Shown piece by piece: positions 50,615-63,155 of a stretch of DNA of 64,000 nucleotides. Within the stretch, counting starts at the first letter, position 1. Every line of letters starts with the position of its first letter. A model generated the notes under the pieces. It did no database searches and had not been told where the DNA came from. It saw only the letters and a program-made list of their open reading frames with translations. Location: NCBI GenBank assembly GCA_001687465.1, contig LVLI01000294.1, forward strand, positions 124,001 through 188,000. Direction: 5' to 3'. This DNA comes from Halocafeteria seosinensis. Taxonomy: Eukaryota. Both the position numbers and the translations under genes were made by a program.

Positions 50615-52987
50615 ATGCCGTCGCAAAAAGTCGACGATTTGCCTTCATTGCCTCGGTACGTCTTCCTCTATCGTTCTTGTTGGCGCATGACTATGCTTTT
50701 TATCCTAGATTGTATCGATTGTGTCATGGAGACAGAATGGCACCTGTGGAGCACCGACGGAATTTCCATGAGGAAGCAGCGTCGGTGCTTCCCAGCGACA
50801 GACAAATACGTCGAAAAGATGTAAGTTCCAAATTTTTGTTATTCACGATGCGGTTTAAATGATCGGCTCTGATTTGCCCCACAATTCAGGATTTGATGAG
50901 TACCGTCCGTTCGCTAAATGATGAAAAAGCTAAGAGGGCGGCCACCTCCACCAAGGGCGTTTCAACGGGTACGCTCGCTAGTTTAGCTCGCGCAAATGCT
51001 GGGAAAGACAGTCAATCAAATAGAAACCTCGTGAAGAGGCGTGGGGTTGACGTACAAAATGCTCGGCCCCTCGACGGCGTCGAACAAGTAGGTCAAGGCT
51101 ACGGACCTGGCTTGCTCCCTTATGAACGTAAGCCCTTAGACAACACCTCAAAGACTATAATTGACCTGGAAAACGAAGTTAATTCCACGTCGAAAAAATA
51201 TAATAACATGAAAGAGCAAACTCGGTCAAAAATGAAGAAAGTCGAGGAGCTTTCGGCGCAACTGGAAAGTCTCAGGAGTGCTAACGCCCAACTGAAACCA
51301 GAGGCTACACCGGAAATGAAACGGACGAACGATTTAGAAGAAAAAATTACTCAAAGGAAGCAAGAGCTTGCAGAGGCAGAATTTCGTTATTCTCAGTTAG
51401 AGCACATGGCAGCAAGACTAAAGCGTAACCATATAACATTTGATGGTCATCTTCGAATGATGGATGAAGCTATAGGTGTCGCCGAGAAAGAATTGAACGA
51501 CGTTCAGTCGAATTTGCTTTCGGTAAGTTCATATCCCCTTTAGTGTTGTCAATGGATAAATGTGCATGAACCGCCTGTAATGAATTTTGCAGTTGAACAA
51601 TGCCAAAGATGAATCCGCCACGACGCTAGCAGAGCTCGAGAAGGATATAGAGCGAAGAAAGGAAGAAAGAAAAACTGAGCTGGGCAAGCGGAGAGAAGAA
51701 CTCAAGATCGCCAAAAAAGCTGAGGGCTGGAGAAGATATAGGCAGCAAGTACGAGAAGAACTAGAGGCGAAGTTACTTGGCGGACTGAGCAAGGCAGAAG
51801 AGCAAGAGCTGGTGGAGAACTCGAAGGAGAAGGAAGTTAAGTATGAGGAGTTACTCTCGATGAAGCGTGAGAGGGAACAGAAGGCAAATGAGCTGTATAA
51901 CCTATTCACGAAGATCAGGCATCAAATGGGGATACAGAACCTCGACGAAATGTCGCAGAAGTTCCGATCGCAAAAAGATAGCAAGGAGAGTCTCGAAATT
52001 GAAAGAAACGAAGCTGAAAACCGCCTAAACGAAGCGAAAGAAGCCTATAAACGGGCGCAAACGGATTTACAGGCCATAGAAGCTAGTGGTGGCCCCCAGG
52101 ATGTTGACGGGAACGTGCCTAAGAGTTCATCTCATGAAGATCTAAGCCAGTACGTTACAGTGAGCGGTGCCAGAGAAGCTATCTCACGGGAAATCAGAGA
52201 GATGCGAGAACAGGTGAATGCTAAGTACGCGGCAATACAGAGACTTTCATCTACACTTGTGGTTATTAGACAGGGAAGTTCTGGATTATTGCAAACACTT
52301 CGTGCCTTCAGGGACGTGGTACCCGCCTCGGTATTTTCCCGGAATGCTCACGAAATCCCAGTCGAAATGGATTTTGAAGACATCTACAGTATGGGAAACA
52401 TTAGTATCAAGAGACAAACTGAAGAGGCTATACAAATCCTAGGCGACATCCACTCTTGTGTAAGGCACATGAAACGAGCAGTACAAGAAGCGGGTGCGCC
52501 AGAAGGACCAGCTGGTTCTGAAGACGAACAAGGGGAAGAAAAGGATGAGAACGACTATGTGGATGAGAGACCTTTGGCCGCCACCGACTTGTCGTTCAGT
52601 ATGACTAATGTGCGGGTCAAGCCGCGTGCCGAGTACCCGGAACAGGAACCTGACGATGATATGGAGAGCGACGAAGGATCTGAGGCCAGCGAAAGCAGCG
52701 ACCCTTACACAGGGAGACGGCGGAGTCATCACGCACATCATCACGAACGAGGGCGAGATAGTGCTGAAGCCGATCAACTTCAAAGACAATCGCTTAAACA
52801 AGATAGTTCTTTCATACTCCAGCAATCTTCCGACGAGCACGAGCAGAGTCCGCAGAAGACCACAGCCCGCCATCATGGCGAAGCAAAGACCCCCGAAAAA
52901 GAAAACAGCTTTTCTTCAAGTATGTTCGGAAAATCTGGCCCACAGTCGCCTTTGTCATATTTGACATCGCGACCTCCTCTTATATGA
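50615..52987 (+). CDS. Long coiled-coil protein, CCDC151/ODAD3 (outer dynein arm docking)-like (multi-exon)
   Basis: Extended heptad-rich coiled coil. FTKIRHQMGIQNLDEMSQKFRSQKDS and NVRV resemble the ODA-docking/CCDC151 family. Assignment is by eye. Confidence 0.55.
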
Positions 52988-52996
52988 TCCCTTCGT

Positions 52997-54741
52997 CTAT
53001 TCTCTCTGGATAACGCGAACTGACGCACCATGCAATTTTGCATCTTCGATAGTGAAATGGGCGTATTTCGACAACGTCTCTGCAGGAAACGCTGTCTCTA
53101 AATCCCACTGGTCGTCGCTCTGCAAAACGAGTTCGCCAGATAAGGACTCTTCGCATCGATTACCGATTGAATGTTGAACGCCGATCGTAGCTGCTACAAG
53201 TGCGTAGAGTCTAGCTACGTTCCTTGTCTTTTGCAGTTTGACAATTTTTCTATTCCCGTCCGGGAATAGTACTTTAATTTTTGAAGCATCTGCTCCCTCA
53301 TCTTCCGTAACATTCACCGGGCGGCCAGTAGGCTTAGCGCTCTCAGTATCTCCATTAGTCGCCCTACTCTCCGCACTAGTAGTGGAAGTAGCGTAATTGT
53401 CCTTCTTTGTTGGCTGTTCACCTGAAACAATAATGACCTCATCATCGCTAGAGTAGCTGTTACCCTCATCCTCTTCTTCCTCCTCCGAAAGTACTTCTAC
53501 GTCGTCATCGTTCCGTTGGGCCAGTGATTCAGCAATGGCTTGCTCCATAGCCCTAGCTTCTTCCCTATCCGAAGCACGCTTCCTCTTCCCGGATGATTCT
53601 GACGGACTCCTCGTACCATCCTGGATATCAATGGTTGGTGGACCCTTTTTGTTGAATGGATTGACTGAAATAAATTCACACAGCTGGTTTAGTAAATCCG
53701 TTGGTTCGATAAACCCCACGCGTTGCCATACCAGCTCCCCCGTACGAGGGTCAATGATCAGCATAGCAGGAAGCTTACTGGTATCAAGTTTATGGAGATC
53801 AATAACCTTTTTTGCATCCCCTACGGTACTCCATTGCTGCCAGAAACAAAAGTAGTGTCGAATGTAGTCTTTCACAGACAAGGAAGACCACGTATCCCTA
53901 TTCAATCTATGGGAGTCGAACTCCTTTTCATCCTGAAGATTCACGAGGAGCCATCTCTTTTCATTCGCGGCATACGCTTGAGCCTGCAAGGGTAACATAT
54001 TAAGACAAGCCTTCCATCGTTCTGGCAATCACACGTCGTGTCCTTACTTCATGGAAAACCATAGGTAGGATGAGATCCTGAGGTGGGCTAAAAAGAGTAG
54101 ACAGATCCCGCTTCTTTTGCCTTCCTTTGCCAGAGGAAAAGTCTCTAAAAGCATCAACCACTTGGGGCATACGAAAATCCTCTTGGGGCACTGAATACAC
54201 ACATAGAGAACGGAGTAGACTAATACCTGGAACCCAATTCTGGGTAAAGCGGTATAACCCTTACTTGCATACCCTGGTCCAGCGAGTAGTCGCTCTTGTC
54301 GGCTAGGGATAGCTTCACGTACCCTGAACACGGTTCATGTGCGAATGAGACAAGTTCATCTTTCGCGCTGGAAACACAGTGGACTTACCCTTCCTCATCG
54401 TAGGCACTTGAAGAAGCAGCCGATGACTGACCGTGTACCTGAGTCTCATGGGTAACAAGATTGTTCTGAGACGAGCTGCTGGAGGACAGCTGAGGGAAAG
54501 ATGTAGAGTCATTCGTCTCCATGTAAATATTCACCGCCTGTTCAATGTTCCAGTTTGCTGACTGCAGACGTCATTAGGTCTCAAACGAGGTGTAGCAGCG
54601 CAAGTACTCGGGTTATACAGCACTTACTTCTAATGTATGCTTTGCTATCTGCTCATTAGCCCCAGTAATGGCGACGAACTGTGCTACAGCACCATCCTGG
54701 TCGTGCTGAGAAGATGAAGAGGCACTATGTTGCTCGGCCAT
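52997..54741 (-). CDS. UBXN7: UBX-domain p97 adaptor UBXN7/Ubx5-like (UBA-like, UAS, UIM, UBX; multi-exon)
   Basis: VAQFVAITGANEQIA (UBA-like), VREAIPSRQERL, LSTLFSPP, WLLVNLQDEKEFDSHRLNRDTW (UAS), MEQAIAESL (UIM), C-terminal UBX with TAFP. Confidence 0.85.
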
Positions 54742-55138
54742 CGTAATTCAAAGTGGTTGTGTGGCAAGATGTTGCTAACGATACTGCAATAATTTCGCGG
54801 GGAGAAGTCTTTCTCACAGGAAGGAATATCTTGGCAACACTTTACGAAGTTCAATCAGTAAGAAGTTCACTTCTTATATGGGAGTATGTGACGATTCTTC
54901 CTTCAAGGGCCGATTTTGACGAAGTCGTGGCTTTTCCGCACAGACAACGCCTGCCGGATTGACGGAGCTTGTACTCCATATTATCCATAAATCACGTATT
55001 CGGCCGGAATGATGACAACCACCACCTCATAGATTGGAATTGCGGGTTTCATTAAACTAGGTGTGCGTTTTGATATCTGTGTAGACAGGGTGGTTTGAGT
55101 GCATTGACGTAGATACGAAGGCTGGGAAGGAACGAACG

Positions 55139-55872
55139 ATGTCGGGGATTGGGAGCAAGATTAGCAACTATTTAGGCCGTTTCCATTATTGGAAATGGGT
55201 TTATCTAATCCGATATCGTCAACATTATGGAGACAGGTATGTCCATGTTCCATTTAATGCAGCCAACGAACCCTCTGCATTTCGAGCGGTCCCCTATATT
55301 TTTTGTTGCCCTGTGGACCCCCTTTGACTTTGCTTTTGTTCTTTTTGGCTACTGAGCACGGGCGCGTTCTACGTGGAGCGTAATTCCCCAAGGTTTATCT
55401 GAATTTTACTCGAGAAATGGGTCTTGGTCGGTTCTTCATTATTTATGTACTTGTTTACGATGCAGTGCCATGCCAATTATACATCTCTACGCGGGTGTGA
55501 TGTTCGCCTACATGGTGGTGGAATCACACGAACACAGTAAGTAAATCCAGGGTGCTGATGAGAGTTTGCATGTTTGAACATTTGTAATTTTGTCGAGCAG
55601 CTCGCAAACAACGCGTACACGACTACCACGAGCGCAAGAAACACATCCAGCAAGTGGAGGATGAGATATGGAAGGAAGAAAGAGATCACTTTGAAATCAA
55701 TATCCCAGAATTGGAGCAATCCGTATACCGAGCGAGAAGGCGCGATATCCTTGACGATTTGAAACTACCCAATGGTATTGTACCGAACAAACCTCCTATC
55801 GTATACAGACCTATAAGGCTTACCAAGGCATCCAAGAAACAACAACAAGACGTGGATTCAAACAGCCGATAA
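55139..55872 (+). CDS. Small membrane protein, possibly mitochondrial ATP synthase subunit f with C-terminal extension (3 exons)
   Basis: Splicing 55237-55465 gives LIRYRQHYGDSAMPIIHLYAGVMFAYMVVESHEH, resembling the subunit-f pattern (RY..Y...S..PI.H...TM..H). The third exon is charged. Confidence 0.4.
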
Positions 55873-55985
55873 CACCGTGCAGAGGAATGTTGTAGGTCAA
55901 TTCGTTGCGAACAGTGACGCTATTATTGATAGCGAGTCGAGTTTATTGACTTTCAAATTATAGTGCAATTATTGTCCATCTTTCT

Positions 55986-56992
55986 CTATGACAAGTTGAA
56001 TGGCAATTGATCGCCAGGCGTGTAACTTCGTTCAATTCCTGTCCGGTCAATACACACTGTTCGAATAACTCCACCGGATGCACCATCTCTTGCCATAGCA
56101 TGTGCCAAGGCTTTGCGTACAAAGGTAAGACACTCTTCCTTATTCATTCCTTCACGGTAGTTATCATCAACCCACCCGTAAAGAAATGTAGAACCACTAC
56201 CTCCCATGGCGAAGCCCTGTTTCACGCAAGATCCTCCGAGAGGAATAGAGTACACACTTCCACCGTTCACTGGATCCCACCCAGCAATAATCAAGCCTGC
56301 CAGGAGCTGACTCTTATGTTTGTAGCATATTTGACGGGCGACTTGAGCTGCGCTTTTTACGCTTGGCAAACTACCTTTGTCAATTCTGCCTCGTTGGAAG
56401 AGGAAACAGTGAGAATGGTGTAGCACCTTCCAGTTCAATGCTCGAGCCACTTACCCTAAAGCATATAAATTCGCCCTCACGATATCTGCCACGGCTTGTG
56501 TATCTGCTGCCGATCCCGAACGGCACACACATATGTGATCGTGAAGCTCGGTGATTTTATCAGAAACTCTGTTGGCAACATAAGGACCTGTACCCGAGAA
56601 GAGGTAGCACCAACACCATTCCACATGCTAACACTATCCTCTCTTTATTCCATTTCCTCTTACCCATGGAAGTCCTGGAATCAGCTCCAAGTACTACACC
56701 TCCCTCGAATTCGACAGCTATGATGGTCGTCTGCAGCAAACAAAACGAGGAATCAGTTGTTGAAATAACTCGACAACGGGAACTTCGACCCTTAAAGCCA
56801 GCCGTGGAATATTCGCTTGTTTCTGTCTCTTGTGCGTATCCTAATACGCTGCATTCTCTTTGGCTTCTCAAGAAATTACAAAAACAATAGCAAGGGGACT
56901 CCCAGGGGGTACACAAACAGCCGACGTACCCCTGAGCTAATCTCCTGTTTGGACGGCACAGAAGTCCCTAAAACAGCTTCCGTCGCGTTCAT
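55986..56992 (-). CDS. PSMB6: 20S proteasome beta1 subunit (multi-exon)
   Basis: Propeptide ending [58 protein letters not shown]. Confidence 0.95.
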
Positions 56993-57385
56993 TTTCAAGT
57001 TGCTTCGCTGAGATGTTGTACCTATGCGGCTATTACGTGGCCTGAATAGCTCTTTTCAATGGTATACTATCATGTCTGAATGAAGCAGGAGATCTTCGCT
57101 TCAATCTCCTACCCAACCCAACAATCATTCCTGAGCTCTATTCATCCATTTCGACTGGTTCCAGACACCTGGACGTGTATGGACTGTAGTTGGAAAATTT
57201 GTCAAAATTACCACCATTGTAGTGTTTTAGGTTCTCTTGCGCTGTTCAAACCAGTACTAGTGGATTGAACGAGTACGGCAACGAGACATTTCACGGTCTC
57301 AACGAAGGGCCAAATCTCACCCGCAAATTTTCGTTGTTAGCCCTCTCTGAAGGCAGATTTATGGCCCTACAGGAGCGATAACACT

Positions 57386-60300
57386 ATGAGTGCGTCTGGA
57401 GGAGAGGAAACTTCGCTTCATTCCGCTGATGCCCTGAATAAACAGGACAGCGCAGAGCAATTGGATAAGTCCCACGGCGATATCACCCTGCCTCGCTCGA
57501 AACGGAGGGTATTATTACAGTACGCAGAAGATGGTGCTGGACCGAAGAACAACTCGTTAGAAGCACTAGGAACTGAACTGCTCAGCAACTATGCCGAATC
57601 CGAACTACAGCAGCCAGGACTCTCTCCCGCTTGTTTGTCGCTCTTGCAGTCTTTCGAAGAAGCTCAAAGGCACTATCCTGAAGATGTTATCTTTAAATCA
57701 TGGGCCCCTCCGCGAACACCGCCTCTCAAACCTCTCAGGACGGATGAGATGGAGGTATCAGCCTCTACAACAGAAGAGAGTTCCACCGTTGAGGGCATTT
57801 TGTCGTCGCAATCCTCCAAGTTCTGGCAGTCTCAATCAGGGAATCAACGCTCCCACGTTCAAGTTACGTTTGATGAGTGCGTAATAGCTGGGTTTCGATG
57901 TGCCTTCCCTGATAAGGGAAAGAGTTCGAATTCTGTGGAAGTTTCCGTAGCCTTAAAGGAATTCCCCTCGGGTAAGGACGAAAGCCAGAAAACGACTCGT
58001 AGCTGGGTCTCTCTGGGCAGCTTAGATGGGTCTGAAGTGCCTGTTGGCAGAACAGCTGATGAGTACACGCTCCTACCTTCCATGAAATGCTGTGGAATAA
58101 GAATAAGTTTTATTGGTTTTCATACGGATAACAAGTCAAAACAGCACGCCGCCTACAACTTTTCAGTATTGCGGCTAGATGGGAACAAACTGTCTCCAAG
58201 CGGAAGCACGGTACTGACCATCGTTGAAGAGTTGTGCAAAAATGCAGCCACAGTTGGTGACCAACATGATCAACTTCTACAACTTGCGTTTTCACATGCA
58301 AGGAAAACAGGCTCCTTGTCTGCCCAGCTTTCTTGTGTCGAAGTAAGTGCACAGCACTAAGTAGCTAAACTTGAATGTTCAGTTAGCGTGGTTGTCGTTT
58401 CGAGCACAGATGTTATTAAACTGCACTAGACGCCTAACTGACGAAGCGTCCCTCTCCCTCCATACCTATACCAACTTGCTCCAGGCAGAGTGTCGTCGAA
58501 GATGTATGGCATTGCATGATAAGTCGTCCTTTGGAAAGTGCCAGGTAGCTCCGGAAGGTGTGTTGGAAGCGCATGGTAATATCACCATTACCAACGACGG
58601 CCGAACAGCCAGAAATCAAGATCCTGGTACTGTTGCATCTCTTAACATTGGAATCACCGAAGGCAAACTTTCATGGGAGTTCCGTCTCGATCATGACGAC
58701 GAAGAGTCGCAATGTACATGTTTTGGCCTGGCAATAAAACCGATTCAATCAACAGCATATGATTCATCACCGCAGCTATGGATGTGGCGTGCGTTCAAGT
58801 AAGCAACTGGAAGAAGAAGTCGCCGTTCATGATACTTAATTACTTACCTTGCCTATGCAGTGGTTGGTTGTATGTCAAAGGGACTACAATCTCGCGGCGG
58901 GCGAAACCCATTAAGGTTGGCGATACTGTTCGATTCGAACTGGACATGGACGAAGGAACTTGCCGCGGTTGGGTAAATGACGACGATCAAGGAATTGTTT
59001 TCGAAGATCTAGACAAGGAAGGTCAAGTTTTCCCGGCAGCCCAATTTTACGCTAGCGACCGGCAGATAAGCTTGGTCTCAGTACATCAACCCACTGCTGG
59101 GAATTCCATCTGCAGCAGTGCACCAGCAAGGAGTTCCCATTCAACTGATTCTTTTCCCATTAGGCGGAAGCTCGATACGCTTCCAGGGATACCAGTTGGT
59201 ACCACCCCGGTATACAATAGCGAAGAATACTACTTGTACTTGCCGTTGAAACAAGGCCAGAACAAACTAGAGGCAACATGGGATTTACCAGAAAATCATT
59301 CCTTCCGTTGCCTTTTACTTACAGCTGGATTGCAGTTCGAAGATTCCCAAGACGTTCGAGGAGCCCAAAAAGATGGTTCTGTCAATCAGCAGGGAAAACT
59401 CAGTGATGTAGTCAATCAACTGTCTCAGCTCTATTCGTCGAAGCCCAGAGAGCACCCGGCGTACGCTTCTTCTGTCACATTTAAGGTGCTTTTCGATTCG
59501 AATGTTGCTTGGACAAGCCATGGTTTTCCAGTTCCGCGCGACCCCGATGATATTAAGCGTTTCGTATCTCCTTGGAATCAGTTTTACGACAGTTTACCGG
59601 AGGAATGTTTCGTCCAGGTGCCTTTGGAAACAAAATCAATTACAATCGAAGTTTCTGCGTCGACTGCTTTGCCGTATACAGTGCACCCAGTGTTAATGTC
59701 ACCAAGCTTTGGGAATAGTGAGAGGCCGCTTTCAGTCTTCCGTGGGAGTGAAACTTTCGATTCTCCCTTACTAAATACTTCTGGGAATACATGGATAGGA
59801 AAAGCTGAGGAAAGCAATCGCACTCTGAAACTTCTTGAATTATCGAAAGCTACAGAACAAGCATTAAAAGACGGGAACACTAATGTATCCCGTGTGGATC
59901 AAGCGTTGTCGAACATGCTTAAGTCCCCACAGTTTTATGCACTAAAAATAGTGAAAATATTCGATTTATGTGCTTGTGAACTCCTCGAGGCTCGTCGAGA
60001 CAAGCACTCCAGTAGCTTACTCCAACAGAACGGTTTAGATCTCGAGCTACCATATATACTCCAGGCCACAGGTAGAGGATTTTATTCTCTTCTCTCCCTA
60101 CTAAGAGAGTTAACGGGAAGAGTCGGAAAGCAGCTTTCAACATCAACGGAAGCTGAAGCAATTCAATCGGTCTTACAGTTAATGAATGCTAATCTCCGAC
60201 ATTTGATATCGACAGGTGTAAACCCTCGAACAGCGGAAATAGAGCCAATCAATGATAACTCTCCTCTCGTGACAAAAAGAGATCTGGATTCCAATGAAAA

Positions 60301-61195
60301 TGACTTTGAGAGGAAATACTGTTGGAGCGACGTTAATGAGGTCATTGTCACCCTGGAGGACTTCGCTGCCTCTTTGAAAGCAAGAGGCAACGACGATTTG
60401 AAAGCTGCTGCAGCGTCGTGCTATGAACTTGTTGACCATTGGCATGATATCTCTGGAGAAACGTCGCAGCAGCGATTGAATTGGCAGTTCTCTAAATTAG
60501 TGAGACGAAACCTCACATTGGAGCTTGTCATGAGGTGGCCTTACATGAGCTCACAAAGAACGATGGATGACCAACGTATTGATAGGATTGTGCTCCTCCT
60601 TCAAAGTCTAGCGAACCGTTTGGGCTATAGGCACACTTTGCATGTTGCCTGGCCGGAGAGTATCCATTTGATTGTTGAGCTTCCATGCGATTCTCCAAGT
60701 GATGGTGTGTCGTCTATCGACGATGATTCGTTCAGAAGTGCGCATCGATTCTTGTCAGCAGGACTCTCGTGGGTATTCACAGAGTCAGGCTGCTCTCCAT
60801 GGGTGTTTCCTTTCGGATGCGAGGACCCCGAGATGTCCATCAAACGAAAGCGAATGATGTCATCTCGCTCCGACAAGTCCGTGTTGACTAGGCTCAGTGG
60901 TGTGGGCAACATTTTCGTTTACTCTGGAGATATTGCCACTTTTGAGGAAATCGATGATGCGTGTAAGTCACAACTTTCTGCAACGATGACCGACCGTGCG
61001 TATTATCGGGTATACCAGAAATCCTTCGTTGAGGTTCTTGATGGAGTTGTTAAAGAGGCTGGGAATATCTCTGAGGACGATTCACACTCCAAGTTAAACA
61101 CGAAGGGTCTTCCGCTTACGCCGAACGAGATTAGCCGAGATATTCCTGAGGAAGATGTAGGTTTCTTTTCGGATTCCACAGACGACGAATCATGA
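57386..61195 (+). CDS. Large protein with DOC/APC10-like, SPRY and NPCBM-like domains (3 exons)
   Basis: SKFWQSQSG..HVQVTF (DOC-like). GITEGKLSWEFRL..CFGLA..WMWRAF/SGWLY..GDTVRFELDMDEGTC..NDDDQGIVF..VFPAAQFY (SPRY). ATWDL..SVTFKVLFDSNVAWTS..ITIEV (NPCBM-like). Introns ~58342-58409 and ~58799-58860. Confidence 0.7.
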
Positions 61196-61551
61196 AGTAT
61201 AGATATGACTGCGTAGCATGTAGACCCTCCCAGTCATTCGATTACGCCCACAAGTTGTGGGCCGGGGCCCACGCTGCTGGTTGGTCTTCATGTCGTTGGC
61301 TAGTATGTTTATTCCATTTTACGAATTTACATTCATTTTTGGCTCAAACATCTTGTTTGATTCGGATGAATCGCTACTAGCCTTTGACTCGCGCTTGACG
61401 GTCCTCGCGTACAAGTCTCTTCACATCAATGGTACAACAGTAGTATAACATTTACATCAGTTTTTGTCCACTCATTGTTTGAGTAGTACTTTGCCGTTGA
61501 CGTTAGTATTGTGTCCAACAATTGGAGCCCTGGGAATATACGGCTGCCAGA

Positions 61552-62817
61552 ATGAGTTCTCCCCCCGTGGTGGCGCTTTGTGGAGATCCACTCGATACGA
61601 GGCTCACTCAAGAGAATGACTGTTTCTCCATAGTCGAGACCCTCGTGCAACGAGTGCTAGAGGGTTCTCCGTCGCGACAGTGGATCTTGCTCCTACCGTG
61701 GTATATGGTGTGTAAAGGAAAGCAACATGAAACTTCGACTTCTACTGGAGCTGGGATGCAGAGTTTGGCTGATGTGGTGCAACACATGGAGACAGCCACG
61801 AGGGATGCTGGAGGGGAAATGACCATCCGGATTATCGCTGATGAGGAAGCGATGCAATTGTTCGAAACTCATGGTAGAAGCCAAGCTGTACTGGCCGAAG
61901 CGAATGAACTGATGGATTCCTGCTCAGCAGTGGAATTCCAGACGGTGCCCGGACAACATTACGCTGCCGCTTATGGGAGCACTGAAAACTCCTCTGCAGC
62001 AGGTCACAACAGTTTCAACATGGCCAAAAGACGCCTTGGCATCGAAGCGGGTCTGGACGTGCAAGCGCTACTGGTCCTCGGGGGCTGTGACCCCAATTCT
62101 TACGCTGAGGCGGATATGGCATGTGCACTCCACTGTGGACTTGCTACACGGTTTGTTCCCCTAAGTTATACTGATCCTGCGAAGTCAAATAGAAAAGAGC
62201 AAGCCAAAGGTGCTTACGGATTGGCTCAAGAACTGGGGATGTATCAGCAGCATAGAACTGAATCAACAGGCGCAGATCCGAACATACCGTGGCATTCCGA
62301 CAATGGATCCTGTTTAACCATGCACCAGCCCTGGGCTTCACTGGTTGTATCTGGTATCAAACGTGTGGAGGGGCGCCCTTGGCCGTCTAACTTTGCTGGT
62401 GTTCTATGGATTCATGCGGCAGCAAGAGAACCTCTAGACAGTGAAATTGAACACGTGGAGCAGGAATACCAGTCAATTTACGGGGAGCAAAAGTTCGAAT
62501 TCCCCAGCTCCTACCCAACTTCGTGTTTGCTAGGGTGTGTATATGTCCCCGCTGTGATGGATCAGTCGTCTTTCCGTGAATTCACGTCGCAAGCGAACCT
62601 GCACTCTGTCCAGGCGGAGAGTACAAGTGAACATGTTTTCCTCTGCGAAAGACCGCATAGACTGATAGCTCCATTTTCTTTAGCAGGATCGAACAAAATA
62701 TGGAACCTCTCAAAGACCAAGTCGGAATTGGCATCGCTACAACGGGGATTACGAGCAGTTCGAGGACAAGAACCAATCGAATTCTCCGAACTTCTTCGGG
62801 ACTTCAAGAACTCGTGA
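61552..62817 (+). CDS. ASCH-domain protein (TRIP4/ASC-1-type ASCH) with an uncharacterised N-terminal region
   Basis: CLTMHQPWASLVVSGIKRVEGRPW..GVLWIHAA, YPTSCLLGCV, GSNKIWNL (ASCH GxKxxExR motif). Confidence 0.85.
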   Translation: MSSPPVVALCGDPLDTRLTQENDCFSIVETLVQRVLEGSPSRQWILLLPWYMVCKGKQHETSTSTGAGMQSLADVVQHMETATRDAGGEMTIRIIADEEAMQLFETHGRSQAVLAEANELMDSCSAVEFQTVPGQHYAAAYGSTENSSAAGHNSFNMAKRRLGIEAGLDVQALLVLGGCDPNSYAEADMACALHCGLATRFVPLSYTDPAKSNRKEQAKGAYGLAQELGMYQQHRTESTGADPNIPWHSDNGSCLTMHQPWASLVVSGIKRVEGRPWPSNFAGVLWIHAAAREPLDSEIEHVEQEYQSIYGEQKFEFPSSYPTSCLLGCVYVPAVMDQSSFREFTSQANLHSVQAESTSEHVFLCERPHRLIAPFSLAGSNKIWNLSKTKSELASLQRGLRAVRGQEPIEFSELLRDFKNS

Positions 62818-63155
62818 TTTCCGAGTTCTCATTATTGGGAACTCCACAATGCTACCACACTGTCATCTGGCTGATAAAGGGAATGAGAAATGCATCATTA
62901 TCCTACGAAGTCTTCGAATTTTATCATGGTTTGGCTAGTGGCGAACTACTTTGCATGGACCAGGCATCTGCACCTGAGTGTTGTTCATGTATCATGTATA
63001 GGTTCTTGCCGTCATGAAATTGGGAAAGGAAAGTGGGGGAAGAGCCTGCGCTAGAAACATATTCAACGCATAGTGCCTTGAGAAGAACGAAGTCCAAGAA
63101 TGGATGATATATGACCTGGTGGTAGAATTACTACAGGAGGAAGACGCACATGTCT

